Source of the DNA: Trichomonas gallinae
Lineage: Eukaryota
Direction of reading: 5' to 3'
Assembly (NCBI GenBank): GCA_008369845.1
Contig: MRSU01003756.1
Location: 1 to 38,574, forward strand
DNA length: 38,574 nt
The notes below the pieces were generated by a model that saw only the letters and a program-made list of their open reading frames with translations, did not search any database and was not told where the DNA came from. The position numbers and the translations under genes were made by a program. Shown one piece after another: positions 1 to 9,895 of this stretch (positions are counted from its first letter, which is position 1; each line of letters starts with the position of its first letter).

Positions 1-192
1 TAAGTGCTAACTGGGAGCCCATTTTTGGTACCTTTATGTGACCTTTCGTTTCAGACCTGACTTTTGAAAATCAGTTTAAATTTTAATTTTTGCAATATAG
101 TCGCGTGAAAAATAGGAGAATGCTATATTTTCAGGCTATATAGGCTCTACAGAAAAGTACTATAATACTGATTTTTTTATAAATTTACAATT

Positions 193-1836
193 TTATTGAT
201 AAGGATTCTCATAATTATTATTCGGTTGCGGTGGAGGGTACTGTTGCGGTGGAGGGTACTGTTGTGGTGGAGGCTGATATTGCTGTGCCGGAGGCAGATA
301 TTGTTGTGGCGGAGGGAGATATTGTTGTGGAGGAGGCTGATATTGTGGAGGAGGTTGCTGATATTGTGGGTATGATTGTTGTGGTGGTGGCATGTTTTGG
401 TTGTTGTTCCTTCTCCTCTTTGATGATGATGAGGACGAGGAGCTAGATGGAACTGTCTTTTTCCGTTTTTTGAGCATAAATATAACAACCATGGAAACAG
501 CCATGATGGCAGCAACAGCAAAGAAGACACCGATGAATATAGCTACGAAATTAGTTTCCTTTTTGGGTTTATAAGGATCGGATGAGCGGACTTTTGTAGT
601 TCCTAAAAGTGAATAGTAAGTGGAAGAGAGCTTATACACATTTTGGCCGGAGCCGGATTCAAGAACAGTGCTGGCCACGTTGAATCCGCTATCATCCACT
701 TTGATTAGGTGTGGGTAATCATCTGGACTTCTCATTTCATCGACAATGAATATGGCTGGCTCATTTATGATAGTATATCTACTATTAAGGGATATACTAC
801 TACCATATGTATTGTAAGCATCAGTGTAAAAAGTATCATAATGAGAAATATTAATGGATCCTTTCTCAAATGTTGCGTAAATGCAGTATCTATTAGATCT
901 GAGTGGATTAAGTGTATATCCCTGTTTGCCGATCAGAGTAATGATCTCATCACATCGATTACCGGTGCTGTTATAGAATGCCGTATAATATATTCTGGTC
1001 TGAGCACTTTTAGGGAAAGTAAGAGTACCATCAGAAGAGAATGTAATGCCACGAGCATTAAGCGATTGCATGCTAAATTGATGGGAACCAATCTGAGCAA
1101 TTGCATTAGGAATTGATTCCATAAACGCTATGTATGTGCCTGAGTAAACAACAAAACTGGTGTTAGCATCAGGTGTAACTAGAACTGAACGAGAACCATA
1201 TCGGATGCGATCATTAGTAAATCTAACTAATTTGCTCTCGTCTTTGAAACTATATAGATGACTGACTGTGTGATAGACATTCCTTGACATTGACCGATAA
1301 TTCATTACGCCAACGTGGCCTCCATTGTAGTTTTTATAGTAAATAATTAAACACTCTGCTTTCACTACTTGAGCATTGTAGACTCTCGTGGGGCTATTTG
1401 AATTGCCTAGATCTGTCATATATGTGACGGTTTCACCGTTTTTGGGATAAAAATAATACGTAATTTCTTGTTGGTTAGCGAAAATGAAGCATTGCGATGT
1501 GTTTTTATCATCTGTTGGGAAAAGATCAAATTGGGTTGGACTTTCAATAATATTGAAATAGTCGCATTTGTTATCGTCAATTAAGAACAATGCGAAGGAA
1601 ATAGTCATTTCGCTGTCGGTGTTGAATTCTAGTGTCTCTGGATTCTTGTACACGGGTTGTGCTTCGGAGCCATTGATTTTCAGTGCCTGATATCCAAAAA
1701 TGACTAAGTAATAATCTAAATAATTATATCTCATTTTTGGAAATGTGGCTGTAGTATTGTCTTGAATTCGGTATGAGTATGTGCCTGCACGTTCAATCGA
1801 AAATGACTGTGAAAACACGAAAAGGAGGGAAAGCAT
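193..1836 (-). CDS. Type-I membrane/surface protein with Pro/Gln/Tyr-rich cytoplasmic tail (547 aa)
   Basis: Short hydrophobic N-terminus (MLSLLFVFSQS), Tyr/Asn/Thr-rich ectodomain, one TM helix (FVAIFIGVFFAVAAIMAVSMVVIFML), basic stop-transfer KKRKK, poly-Ser and PPPQQY repeats; AAAGTGAC 5 nt upstream of the ATG. Confidence 0.85.
   Translation of the reverse strand: MLSLLFVFSQSFSIERAGTYSYRIQDNTTATFPKMRYNYLDYYLVIFGYQALKINGSEAQPVYKNPETLEFNTDSEMTISFALFLIDDNKCDYFNIIESPTQFDLFPTDDKNTSQCFIFANQQEITYYFYPKNGETVTYMTDLGNSNSPTRVYNAQVVKAECLIIYYKNYNGGHVGVMNYRSMSRNVYHTVSHLYSFKDESKLVRFTNDRIRYGSRSVLVTPDANTSFVVYSGTYIAFMESIPNAIAQIGSHQFSMQSLNARGITFSSDGTLTFPKSAQTRIYYTAFYNSTGNRCDEIITLIGKQGYTLNPLRSNRYCIYATFEKGSINISHYDTFYTDAYNTYGSSISLNSRYTIINEPAIFIVDEMRSPDDYPHLIKVDDSGFNVASTVLESGSGQNVYKLSSTYYSLLGTTKVRSSDPYKPKKETNFVAIFIGVFFAVAAIMAVSMVVIFMLKKRKKTVPSSSSSSSSSKRRRNNNQNMPPPQQSYPQYQQPPPQYQPPPQQYLPPPQQYLPPAQQYQPPPQQYPPPQQYPPPQPNNNYENPYQ
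228..370 (-). repeat. Imperfect 18-21 bp coding tandem repeat encoding (Q/L)PPPQQY units
   Basis: Visible units such as cggtggagggtactgttg x2 and gtggNggaggNNgatattgtt; about 7 PPPQ(Q)Y units in the protein. Confidence 0.85.
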
Positions 1837-1841
1837 ATTTT

Positions 1842-1849
1842 GTCACTTT
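1842..1849 (-). promoter_or_regulatory. AAAGTGAC ATG-proximal element (resembles Trichomonas core-promoter motif M2)
   Basis: The same 8-mer lies 5-11 nt before the ATG here and at 2717-2724, 13787-13794 and 33242-33249; variant AAAGTAAC at 24418-24425. Confidence 0.65.
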
Positions 1850-2716
1850 TCCGGATCTATAAAATTTTCATTGTTATTTATCCATGATCTAATAACAATA
1901 TTTTAATGATTTTTTGTGTTGAACATTAGAAATAAGGTTAATAAACTTAATTTTCTTTTTCTTCAAAAATATAACCATTAAGCATTGTACAGCTTTTCGA
2001 TCAAATATTTAGCAAAATATCATTTTGAGATGATTACGGGGGCATCTGAGTTTTTTGATAACGTTAAAAACTGTCATATTTCAATTTTTTTATTCTTTCA
2101 CATATGATTGTTTTTATCTTATTTGTTCGAACTTTGAGTAGAAAATACATTTTCAGATTTTCTGAATTATATATACTTTGAATTGAAAATAATCGTATGG
2201 ATTCTACGGGCGTGAACGTTCTCTTGAAAATGTTCGGAAAATTTTCAATATTTGGTTTAGGATTATTTTCTTTATTGTTTTTTTTTTTTCAATATTTGAA
2301 TTTAAAATAATCGTATTTCTATTGTCTGTCATGTTATTCTTGTTTTCCTTATTTGAATCAAGATGAGTGAAAAAAAATGATACCCTTAAATGGCATCGTA
2401 TAATATGTACGCAGCAATATTAATATGAAATTCATAATAAAAATGTTAAAATTATATCTTCATATTTACATGATGTCATATATGCATCATAGAGATGCTA
2501 TTTTTAAAATATAATAGTGAAAGTTGATGAGTTAGAGTTTTTTGACTTATAAAATAAATTTATGCCACGTAAAATCATTTTTCGCAATCAATTGACGAAT
2601 GACAAATAAAGTTGATAATGTCAGATTTCCAGAAAGTCTCATGTCACTGAAATCTATGCTATATGATATCTACACTTTCCAAAAATCGCAAAAATCTTGT
2701 CAAAAATATATCATGA

Positions 2717-2724
2717 AAAGTGAC
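2717..2724 (+). promoter_or_regulatory. AAAGTGAC element preceded by TCA, upstream of the P4-ATPase
   Basis: tcatgaAAAGTGACaaatttaatcgATG. Confidence 0.6.
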
Positions 2725-2735
2725 AAATTTAATCG

Positions 2736-5700
2736 ATGCCTTTTAGATTCGGCAGAGGACATGATCCTATGCCCGAATTCGTCGAATTTAATATCGGCAA
2801 TCGTACATATCACGAAGGCATTCAGCCTGATAACTATGTAAGGACAACAAGATACACGGTCGCTAGTTTCATTCCTTTAACACTTTACGAAAACTTCCAG
2901 AGACTTGCAAACGTATACTTTTTAGTCGTAGCATCATTCTCTCTCGCCCCGTGGTCTCCTGTTACGCCAGTTGTTTCCATTTTCCCACTTTTGTTTGTTA
3001 TTGGTGTATCTATGTTAAAAGCGCTCGTCGAAGATTTATTGAGATATAGAAACGATAAATTATACAACTCCGTCAAGTTCGAAGTGTGGCGACATGGAAG
3101 ATTCATGCTCGTTCAAAGTAAAAATATTCATCCCGGTGATATCATAAGACTTGAAGGAAATCGAGAAAATCCTGCTGATATGGTTATAATCGAGACGTCC
3201 GAAAATACGCACAGCTGTTTCGTAAATGAAGTCAATCTTAATGGTGAAACAGCAGTAAAACAGCGAAAAGCAGTCCAATGTTTTAGCAACTTCGAACAAC
3301 CAGGAACTATGCAACAACTTGAAGGCGCTCGTGTTAAAGTTCCTTCACCATGTAACGATTTACGATCATTAAATGGCACAGTTACATACCAAGGCACTGA
3401 AAATGCGTTTTCTATGAAGAATGTTGTACTCAAGGGCACATTTTTGGCACATACAGCTTGGGCAATCGGAATTGTTTTATATACTGGTCATGATACACGT
3501 ATTATTCAAAACCAACGCCATCCACCACACAAAACATCCAGATTAGAATCGAAATTCAACATCATCATCCTCATCGACTTCATTTTCAACTTCTTGTTAA
3601 TCGGAATTTCTACATTTTTGGCAGTAAGAGGCGATTTCACCAGCAAATTCTACTGGGTTGAAAAGCTCAAATTCACTGCAATCAATACAATGAAATATTT
3701 CACATCATTCGCGATTATTTATTCTTATATGATTCCAATTTCGCTTTATGTGACTGTAGAATTCGTTCGATTCTTCCAGAGATGGACATTTTCGTCAGAT
3801 CTTGGTATGTACTTCCCCGGTTTGGGCTTCTGTCAACCAAATAATTCCAACCTCAACGAAGAACTCGGATCTGTCGACCATATCTTCTCAGATAAGACAG
3901 GCACACTCACAGAAAACATCATGCGCTTCGTTCAGCTCTCAGCTCGCGGTTCTATTTACGATGTTGTTTCTGATAAGGAAAGAGTTAAGTCTCTTGTTGC
4001 GAAACGCAGTGATAGGAACCTCTTGGAGATCCTCGCAAGTATTCCTGTCTGCAGCACAGTCATTTGCACTGAAGAAGGATTCAGCAGCGAATCTCCTGAT
4101 GAAGAAGCTTTGGTTACATACGCGAAAGAGCTCAATTCAACACTCGCTGAACGTGTTCCAGATGAATCTATGACTATTGACCTTGGCGGCAATATCACAA
4201 AATTCGAACATCTCGCTACAATCGAATTCGACAGTGACAGAAAGCGTATGTCAGTGGTTGTTAAGGCTCCTAACGGCGAAGTTGTCATTTATACTAAAGG
4301 CGCTGATACAATTATGTTCCCACTCCTCGCATCAGACGAAGATCAGAACGTAATCAAGGCTACTAAGGACCAAGTCGACGCATTTGCTGAACAAGGCCTC
4401 AGAACACTCATCTACGCATGGAGATTAATTCCTAAAGAAGAATTCGAGCGGTTCATGGCCGAATACAGAGAAGCAAACCTCGCAATGACAGACAGAGATA
4501 AAAAGGTCAAAGAAGTTGGCGCTAAAATCGAGAAAGATCTCGTTCTTCTCGGTGCTGTTGCAATTGAGGACCAGCTCCAGCCGAATGTACCCGAAACAAT
4601 GTCATACTTGTCGATGATGGGCATCAAGTTGTGGGTTCTTACAGGCGACAAGCATGAAACAGCAGTTTCAATCGCAAAGTCAACAGACGTCATTACTCCA
4701 GAGTGCAAAGTCTTCGAGATATTGACAAACGATCCAAACGAGACAGAGAGAGTTTCCCACCTCATCCAACAGTGCAGCAGTCCTTGTGTTTTGGTATTAT
4801 CACCTGACGCGTTGATTTACATAACAGATAATGTTCCTAAGATGCTTGTGGAGATGGGCGATGCATGCAGGTCAGTCATTTGCTTCAGAATGTCTCCGTT
4901 CTTGAAGTCGAAAGTCGTCGACGTCATGAGAACGAACACGAACAAAGTCTGCTTAGCTATAGGTGATGGTGCTAATGATGTCAACATGATTCAGACAGCT
5001 AATGTCGGCATCGGCCTTATCGGAAGAGAAGGACGCCAGGCAGCGCAGAACTCAGACTTCGCGATCACAAGATTCAAGCACTTGAAGAGACTGCTCGCTG
5101 TACACGGACGTCTTTCTCTCGTCAGAATCTCGGGTGTCGTCAGATACATGGTTTACAAGAATTTAGTTTTCACTTTGACATCTGTTCCTTTCTTCTATTT
5201 CACACAGTGGACTCCATCTCCTCTCTTCGACGGCTGGCTCATGGCTACATATAACCTCATGTGGACACTCTTCCCGCCGGGCGAATACGGCTTCTTCGAG
5301 CAGGACGTTTCGTTCCAGTCTATGATGAAGTATCCACTTATCTACAGAGACGCTAGGTCAGGCAGATATATTTCCATGTGGAGGTTCTTCGGCGAGTTCT
5401 GCAATGCTCTTTATCAGGCTGCCGTTCTGTTCTTCTTCAACATCTGGGTCCCTTCACGCCACCCAATGAGCCAGCGTGGACTTGTCGACGACTTGAATTT
5501 CAACGGTGTCTTGCTTTACATCGCTATTGTTCTTGTCGTTGATATACAGACTATTATAAGATCGCAGCATTGGAATGTGTTCCTTTTCCTCGGCGTTATT
5601 GTTTCTATTCTCATTTTCTTCCTCGTCAACCTTCCTTACGGTTCGTTCCCGACGTTCGTGCCACTCCTTTACTTCGTGCCGCAGACAATCTTCACTTCTT

Positions 5701-5855
5701 ATGTTTCATATGTTCTCCTTGTCATTTCTGTATCATTCGCTTTGTTCCCTGAGGCACTTATCAAGTACCTCAAAGGCATGTGGTTCCCGTCATACACACG
5801 TATTATCCGTGAGCATGAGCTTCTTGAGCAGCAAATGCGCAAGAAGAATGTTTAA
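2736..5855 (+). CDS. P4-type ATPase, phospholipid flippase (1039 aa)
   Basis: DNYVRTTRY N-terminal motif, IPISLYVTVE (P4-specific PISL), phosphorylation motif DKTGTLT, SPDEEALV, FDSDRKRMSV, KGAD, LTGDK, IGDGANDVNMIQ and multiple TM helices. Confidence 0.97.
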   Translation: MPFRFGRGHDPMPEFVEFNIGNRTYHEGIQPDNYVRTTRYTVASFIPLTLYENFQRLANVYFLVVASFSLAPWSPVTPVVSIFPLLFVIGVSMLKALVEDLLRYRNDKLYNSVKFEVWRHGRFMLVQSKNIHPGDIIRLEGNRENPADMVIIETSENTHSCFVNEVNLNGETAVKQRKAVQCFSNFEQPGTMQQLEGARVKVPSPCNDLRSLNGTVTYQGTENAFSMKNVVLKGTFLAHTAWAIGIVLYTGHDTRIIQNQRHPPHKTSRLESKFNIIILIDFIFNFLLIGISTFLAVRGDFTSKFYWVEKLKFTAINTMKYFTSFAIIYSYMIPISLYVTVEFVRFFQRWTFSSDLGMYFPGLGFCQPNNSNLNEELGSVDHIFSDKTGTLTENIMRFVQLSARGSIYDVVSDKERVKSLVAKRSDRNLLEILASIPVCSTVICTEEGFSSESPDEEALVTYAKELNSTLAERVPDESMTIDLGGNITKFEHLATIEFDSDRKRMSVVVKAPNGEVVIYTKGADTIMFPLLASDEDQNVIKATKDQVDAFAEQGLRTLIYAWRLIPKEEFERFMAEYREANLAMTDRDKKVKEVGAKIEKDLVLLGAVAIEDQLQPNVPETMSYLSMMGIKLWVLTGDKHETAVSIAKSTDVITPECKVFEILTNDPNETERVSHLIQQCSSPCVLVLSPDALIYITDNVPKMLVEMGDACRSVICFRMSPFLKSKVVDVMRTNTNKVCLAIGDGANDVNMIQTANVGIGLIGREGRQAAQNSDFAITRFKHLKRLLAVHGRLSLVRISGVVRYMVYKNLVFTLTSVPFFYFTQWTPSPLFDGWLMATYNLMWTLFPPGEYGFFEQDVSFQSMMKYPLIYRDARSGRYISMWRFFGEFCNALYQAAVLFFFNIWVPSRHPMSQRGLVDDLNFNGVLLYIAIVLVVDIQTIIRSQHWNVFLFLGVIVSILIFFLVNLPYGSFPTFVPLLYFVPQTIFTSYVSYVLLVISVSFALFPEALIKYLKGMWFPSYTRIIREHELLEQQMRKKNV

Positions 5856-6367
5856 ATCTCAGTCATAAATAAATTTATTCCTATTTTCTTAAAACAATGA
5901 ATTTTTCAACCATAACCAAGAATTTCCCAAATAATAGCAAATGAAACAATCAAAATTCGATAATTTTTAATATTTCATTTTTGAAAATTGAAAATAGGTC
6001 GATTTTTATGCATTCTAATGATTTTAATACACTATAACAGCGTTATATTATGGTTTTCAGGTTTTAAATCATGTTTTTTCACGATCAAAATGTAATTAAC
6101 TCTTTGTTTATAATTCTGAAGAAGAAATGTAATATAGAATGCATAATATTGTTAATTATAACAGAAACAATGATAGAATAGAAGTTTTATCATTTCAAAC
6201 AAAATATTTTAGAAAAGATACATAATTATTGATCATATTGATTACAGATTAATAATACTACAAAAATTATTATATAAAATTCGAAAATATCATGTAAATA
6301 TCTCAGAAAATTGAATTTTTTAAAAAAATTATTTCGAAATGTTTCAAATTAGTCAATTACATTTCAT

Positions 6368-6934
6368 ATGAAAAAAGTTCTGATTTTTGCTCCTTATGGT
6401 GTGGAGCCGATGGAGCTTGTCTGTGCAGCAGATCTCCTCCGTCGTGCTGGTGCTAATGTTCAGATCGCCGCAGTCGGAGTCAAAGGATTGGAAGTTGATG
6501 GTGGACATGGCATCAAATTCATTGCTGACGTGATGTTTGATGCAGTGAAGAACGAGATATTCGACATGGTAGTAGTGCCAGGCGGAATGGGAGGAGAACA
6601 TAATCTTGGCACAAATCAGGACGCTGTTGAGTTTATCAGGCGCCACAATTCAGAAGGTAAACTTATTGGAGGCATCTGTGCTGCTGTTGGATTCGTTCTT
6701 GGAGAAGGTTGCAGAATTCTCAAAGATAAAAACGCTTGTGGATATCCTGGTCTTGATATGGGAATCTCAGAGTCAGGAGGACACATCACAACAACACCTG
6801 TCACACGTGATGGCAACATAATCACATCTCGTGGACCAGGAACTTCAATTCTCTTCGGTCTTGCGCTTGTTGAAGCATTATTCTCTAAGGAAAAGTCAGA
6901 CGAAGTCGCTAAAGGTGCCATATATAACCAATAA
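6368..6934 (+). CDS. DJ-1/PfpI (YajL/ThiJ-like) protein (188 aa)
   Basis: GVEPMELV...LLRRAG, VVPGGMGG, ICAA nucleophile Cys, ITSRGPGTS; TCAT initiator-like sequence immediately before the ATG. Confidence 0.95.
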   Translation: MKKVLIFAPYGVEPMELVCAADLLRRAGANVQIAAVGVKGLEVDGGHGIKFIADVMFDAVKNEIFDMVVVPGGMGGEHNLGTNQDAVEFIRRHNSEGKLIGGICAAVGFVLGEGCRILKDKNACGYPGLDMGISESGGHITTTPVTRDGNIITSRGPGTSILFGLALVEALFSKEKSDEVAKGAIYNQ

Positions 6935-7492
6935 ACAGATCAATACCTTTCATTTTTATCAAAATATTTTTTAATTTTTAAACATTACACTTATTTTCAT
7001 GTAATATATATAAATATGATATTTTACACGATTTAATGACCAAATTCATTGTGCTTATGAATACAAATTAAACAGACACATTTTTTGATATTGTAATATC
7101 AAATATCAGTGCGTAATTTGGGTGAGACTTCGAAAATAGTTATATAAATTTATATATTACGAATAATGACGATGTAGTTAGAAGATATCACTGTTATTTC
7201 GTTTATTATAATTTCATAATTCAGCAAAAACAATAAATTCAATATTCAATTAAGAAATTAGGATAACATCATCAGTATATGCATTCATAATTATCCAAAT
7301 ATCTCAAAATATAATAAAATCGTGCCTGAAATTTGAGATTTTACTCAAACATATTAAAGTTCAACGCATATTAGTATATATAGCTGTTTATTATCTATAA
7401 ATTCATTTTGATTAACAAATAATATATACTTATTATGTTTTGAAAAATTATATTATCTTAAAATCGAAAATAAGAAATATTTTATCCTAAAT

Positions 7493-8974
7493 TTACTCGT
7501 ATTGCTTGAGGAGTCCTGTCTTCTCGTTGAAAGCAACGATAAGCTTGTCGTACTCGAGGGCTGCGTTCATCTGAGCGTCCCAGTAGCAGTCGCAGTACCA
7601 CTGTGCGTTGAGCTCCTCTAATGTCTTGCCCTGCTGCTCGATCCATGTGTAGTACTTGAGGTTGTGGATTCTCTTGCGTGTAGCGTATGTGAGCTCTTCG
7701 ACATAATCTGTAGAAGCGCCGAGCATGTATCTGAACCAGTCAGCGTAGGCCTGCATTTCTGAGTACTTGCCGTGCTTCTCCTCGAGCTCCTTGAGTCTGG
7801 ACTGGTACATGACGGCAGAGTCTGTTGCGACTGTAAACATCATATCCTTCTCTGTGAACTCGAAGTACTTGGCCATCTTGATGCAGCCGAGGATGTTGGC
7901 GATGCCTGAGATGCCGAGATTTGCGAGATCCTCGATGAGGCATGGGCAGACGCCGTGATCCTGGAGGACCTTCTTGCCTTCTGGTGTGTTGAAGACGCGG
8001 AGGAGCTGCATGCAGGCCTCATCATCGATGCCGAGGACAACATCCTGGTCCTTAGCGTTCAAAACCCATGGAACGTGCTTGTCGCCGATGCCCTCGATTC
8101 TGTGGTCGCCGAAGCCATTGACTAAGAGTGTTGGGCACTGGAGAGCCTCTGAGCAGCCAAGCTTCATGTGTGGGTACTTCTTGTGGAGGTACATGCCAGA
8201 CGCGAGTGTGCCAGCAGAGCCCTGGTTGAGGCAGACGCCAGCAAGGCGGGATCCCTCCTTCTTGTGCTCGTTGAAGACTTCCTCCATGGCTGGGCCAGTG
8301 ACGTGGTAGTGGAAGATTGGGTTCGCGAACTCTTCGAACTGGTTCAAGTTGACGACCTTGCCTGCGCCCTCCTTTGTGAGTGAGCCAGCCTTGTCGAAGA
8401 TCTCCTTGACGTTGGATTCGCAGCCTGGTGTAGCATAGACTTCAGCGCCGATCTCCTTGAGCCAGTTGAATCTCTCCTGGGACATCTGCTCTGGGAGGAC
8501 AGCGATGGCTGTGCAGCCGAGAAGGCGGGAGTTGAAGGCACCACCGCGGCAGTAGTTGCCTGTTGATGGCCAAAGAGCTTTTTGTGTTGTTGGATCGAAA
8601 TCGCCGCGGATGAGTCTGGAAACGAGTGGGCCGTATGTAGCACCGACCTTGTGGCAGCCTGTTGGGAAGCGCTTGCCGATGAGGACGTAGATTGGTGCCT
8701 TGACGCCTGAGAGGGCTGTTGGGATTTCGATAGCGTTGACCTTTCCATATCCGCCTGTCTTGATATCGTTATGCCATGAGATGCGGAAGAGGTTGAGTGG
8801 ATCAACATCCCAAAGGCCGATTGTCTTCAGCTTCTCGACGATCTTCGGTGGAACCTTCTCTGGGTGAGCGAGTTGGTCGAATGTTGGAAGGATGATGTTG
8901 CGCTCCTTGCATAACTGGATCGTCTTATCGAGGATTTCTTGGTTAACAATCTGTGTGTTGACGTACTTCGACAT
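7493..8974 (-). CDS. PLP-dependent fold-type II enzyme (cysteine synthase/Trp synthase beta superfamily), bacterial-like (493 aa)
   Basis: PTGCHKVGA PLP-lysine motif, PSTGNY loop, GSAGTL phosphate loop, HRIEGIG, GISG; strong C/G-ending codon bias. Confidence 0.9.
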   Translation of the reverse strand: MSKYVNTQIVNQEILDKTIQLCKERNIILPTFDQLAHPEKVPPKIVEKLKTIGLWDVDPLNLFRISWHNDIKTGGYGKVNAIEIPTALSGVKAPIYVLIGKRFPTGCHKVGATYGPLVSRLIRGDFDPTTQKALWPSTGNYCRGGAFNSRLLGCTAIAVLPEQMSQERFNWLKEIGAEVYATPGCESNVKEIFDKAGSLTKEGAGKVVNLNQFEEFANPIFHYHVTGPAMEEVFNEHKKEGSRLAGVCLNQGSAGTLASGMYLHKKYPHMKLGCSEALQCPTLLVNGFGDHRIEGIGDKHVPWVLNAKDQDVVLGIDDEACMQLLRVFNTPEGKKVLQDHGVCPCLIEDLANLGISGIANILGCIKMAKYFEFTEKDMMFTVATDSAVMYQSRLKELEEKHGKYSEMQAYADWFRYMLGASTDYVEELTYATRKRIHNLKYYTWIEQQGKTLEELNAQWYCDCYWDAQMNAALEYDKLIVAFNEKTGLLKQYE

Positions 8975-8984
8975 CCTAAATAAA

Positions 8985-8990
8985 AAGTGA
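8985..8990 (-). promoter_or_regulatory. Initiator (Inr) TCACTT upstream of the PLP enzyme gene
   Basis: Minus strand reads TCACTTtttatttaggATG, matching the trichomonad Inr consensus TCAYTW. Confidence 0.7.
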
Positions 8991-9895
8991 AGAGACTTCT
9001 CAATCGAAAACGATGAACTTTCTCAATTTTTGTATGTTGTAAATATCTCAATTTTATCATTTCTTTTTCCTCTATAATCCACTATATTTTTATATATACA
9101 TCAAATATATCAAAAGAAATTTCTCCAAGATTCGTTTTTTGACAATTTTTTTTCAAAATAAGCAATTTAATTAAATTTTTAGCATTATTATATGATATAA
9201 GATCTATAAAAAACAAAAAATAAATTTTCAAATTTGATTCTTTGTTATTATTTAATAATTTTGCCTTTTTAGTTGTTTATTATCATTATTTACATTATAA
9301 TTGTTCTATTTATGTTAAAAAATTTTCATTTTGGATCCAAATCATTTTAGATTAAATTATTGCTTGTTTATGTAGTATAGAATTTGATTTTTCCTTTGAT
9401 TTTGTTTTTTTGTGAGAACTTTGGTCTGTTTAATCCGCACACATATCTGCATTGCACTGTGCTGTAATAAACAGATATTCTGCCGATTCGGCGCATTTCA
9501 TTATTTTATGGTTTTCTCTGATGATAGTTGCGAATATTTTATATGGATGTTTTGATTGTGGCATTGCATTAAATAGGAGGAAGTAAGGCGATTTACGCCA
9601 CTCCAAGAAGAATCTCATTGAGCGATTTTTATTCATGATTTCCATAACACCATTTATTAGTTTTTACACAAACAACAGCATCATTTTCACTAAACAAATC
9701 AATTTACCATCATAATTATTGATTGTTATAATTAATGAGTTTTCGATTATGTTTTTGTTCATATTCATCTTTAACAATTCTCTATATAAAAAATATGATG
9801 TCAAAGCTATAAGTGTTGTAATAATTTATAGAAAATGATGTTCTATTGAATAAATAAAAAATCAATTTATTAGAAAACGCAAAAATATAAAAAAT

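Noticed and set aside
1..170. Possible transposon end at the window start
   Set aside because: Slightly GC-rich, but no partner TIR, TSD or transposase is visible in the window.
177..530. His/Asn-rich 117-aa ORF and antisense VEEADIV-repeat ORFs
   Set aside because: Alternative-frame readings of the PPPQQY repeat in the 547-aa gene.
7740..8808. Multiple overlapping ORFs within the PLP enzyme gene
   Set aside because: Expected shadow ORFs from high GC3 codon bias; no recognisable motifs.
9430..9645. 71-aa minus-strand ORF
   Set aside because: No convincing motif (only a faint ankyrin-like AEYL); cannot be supported as a gene or a relic.
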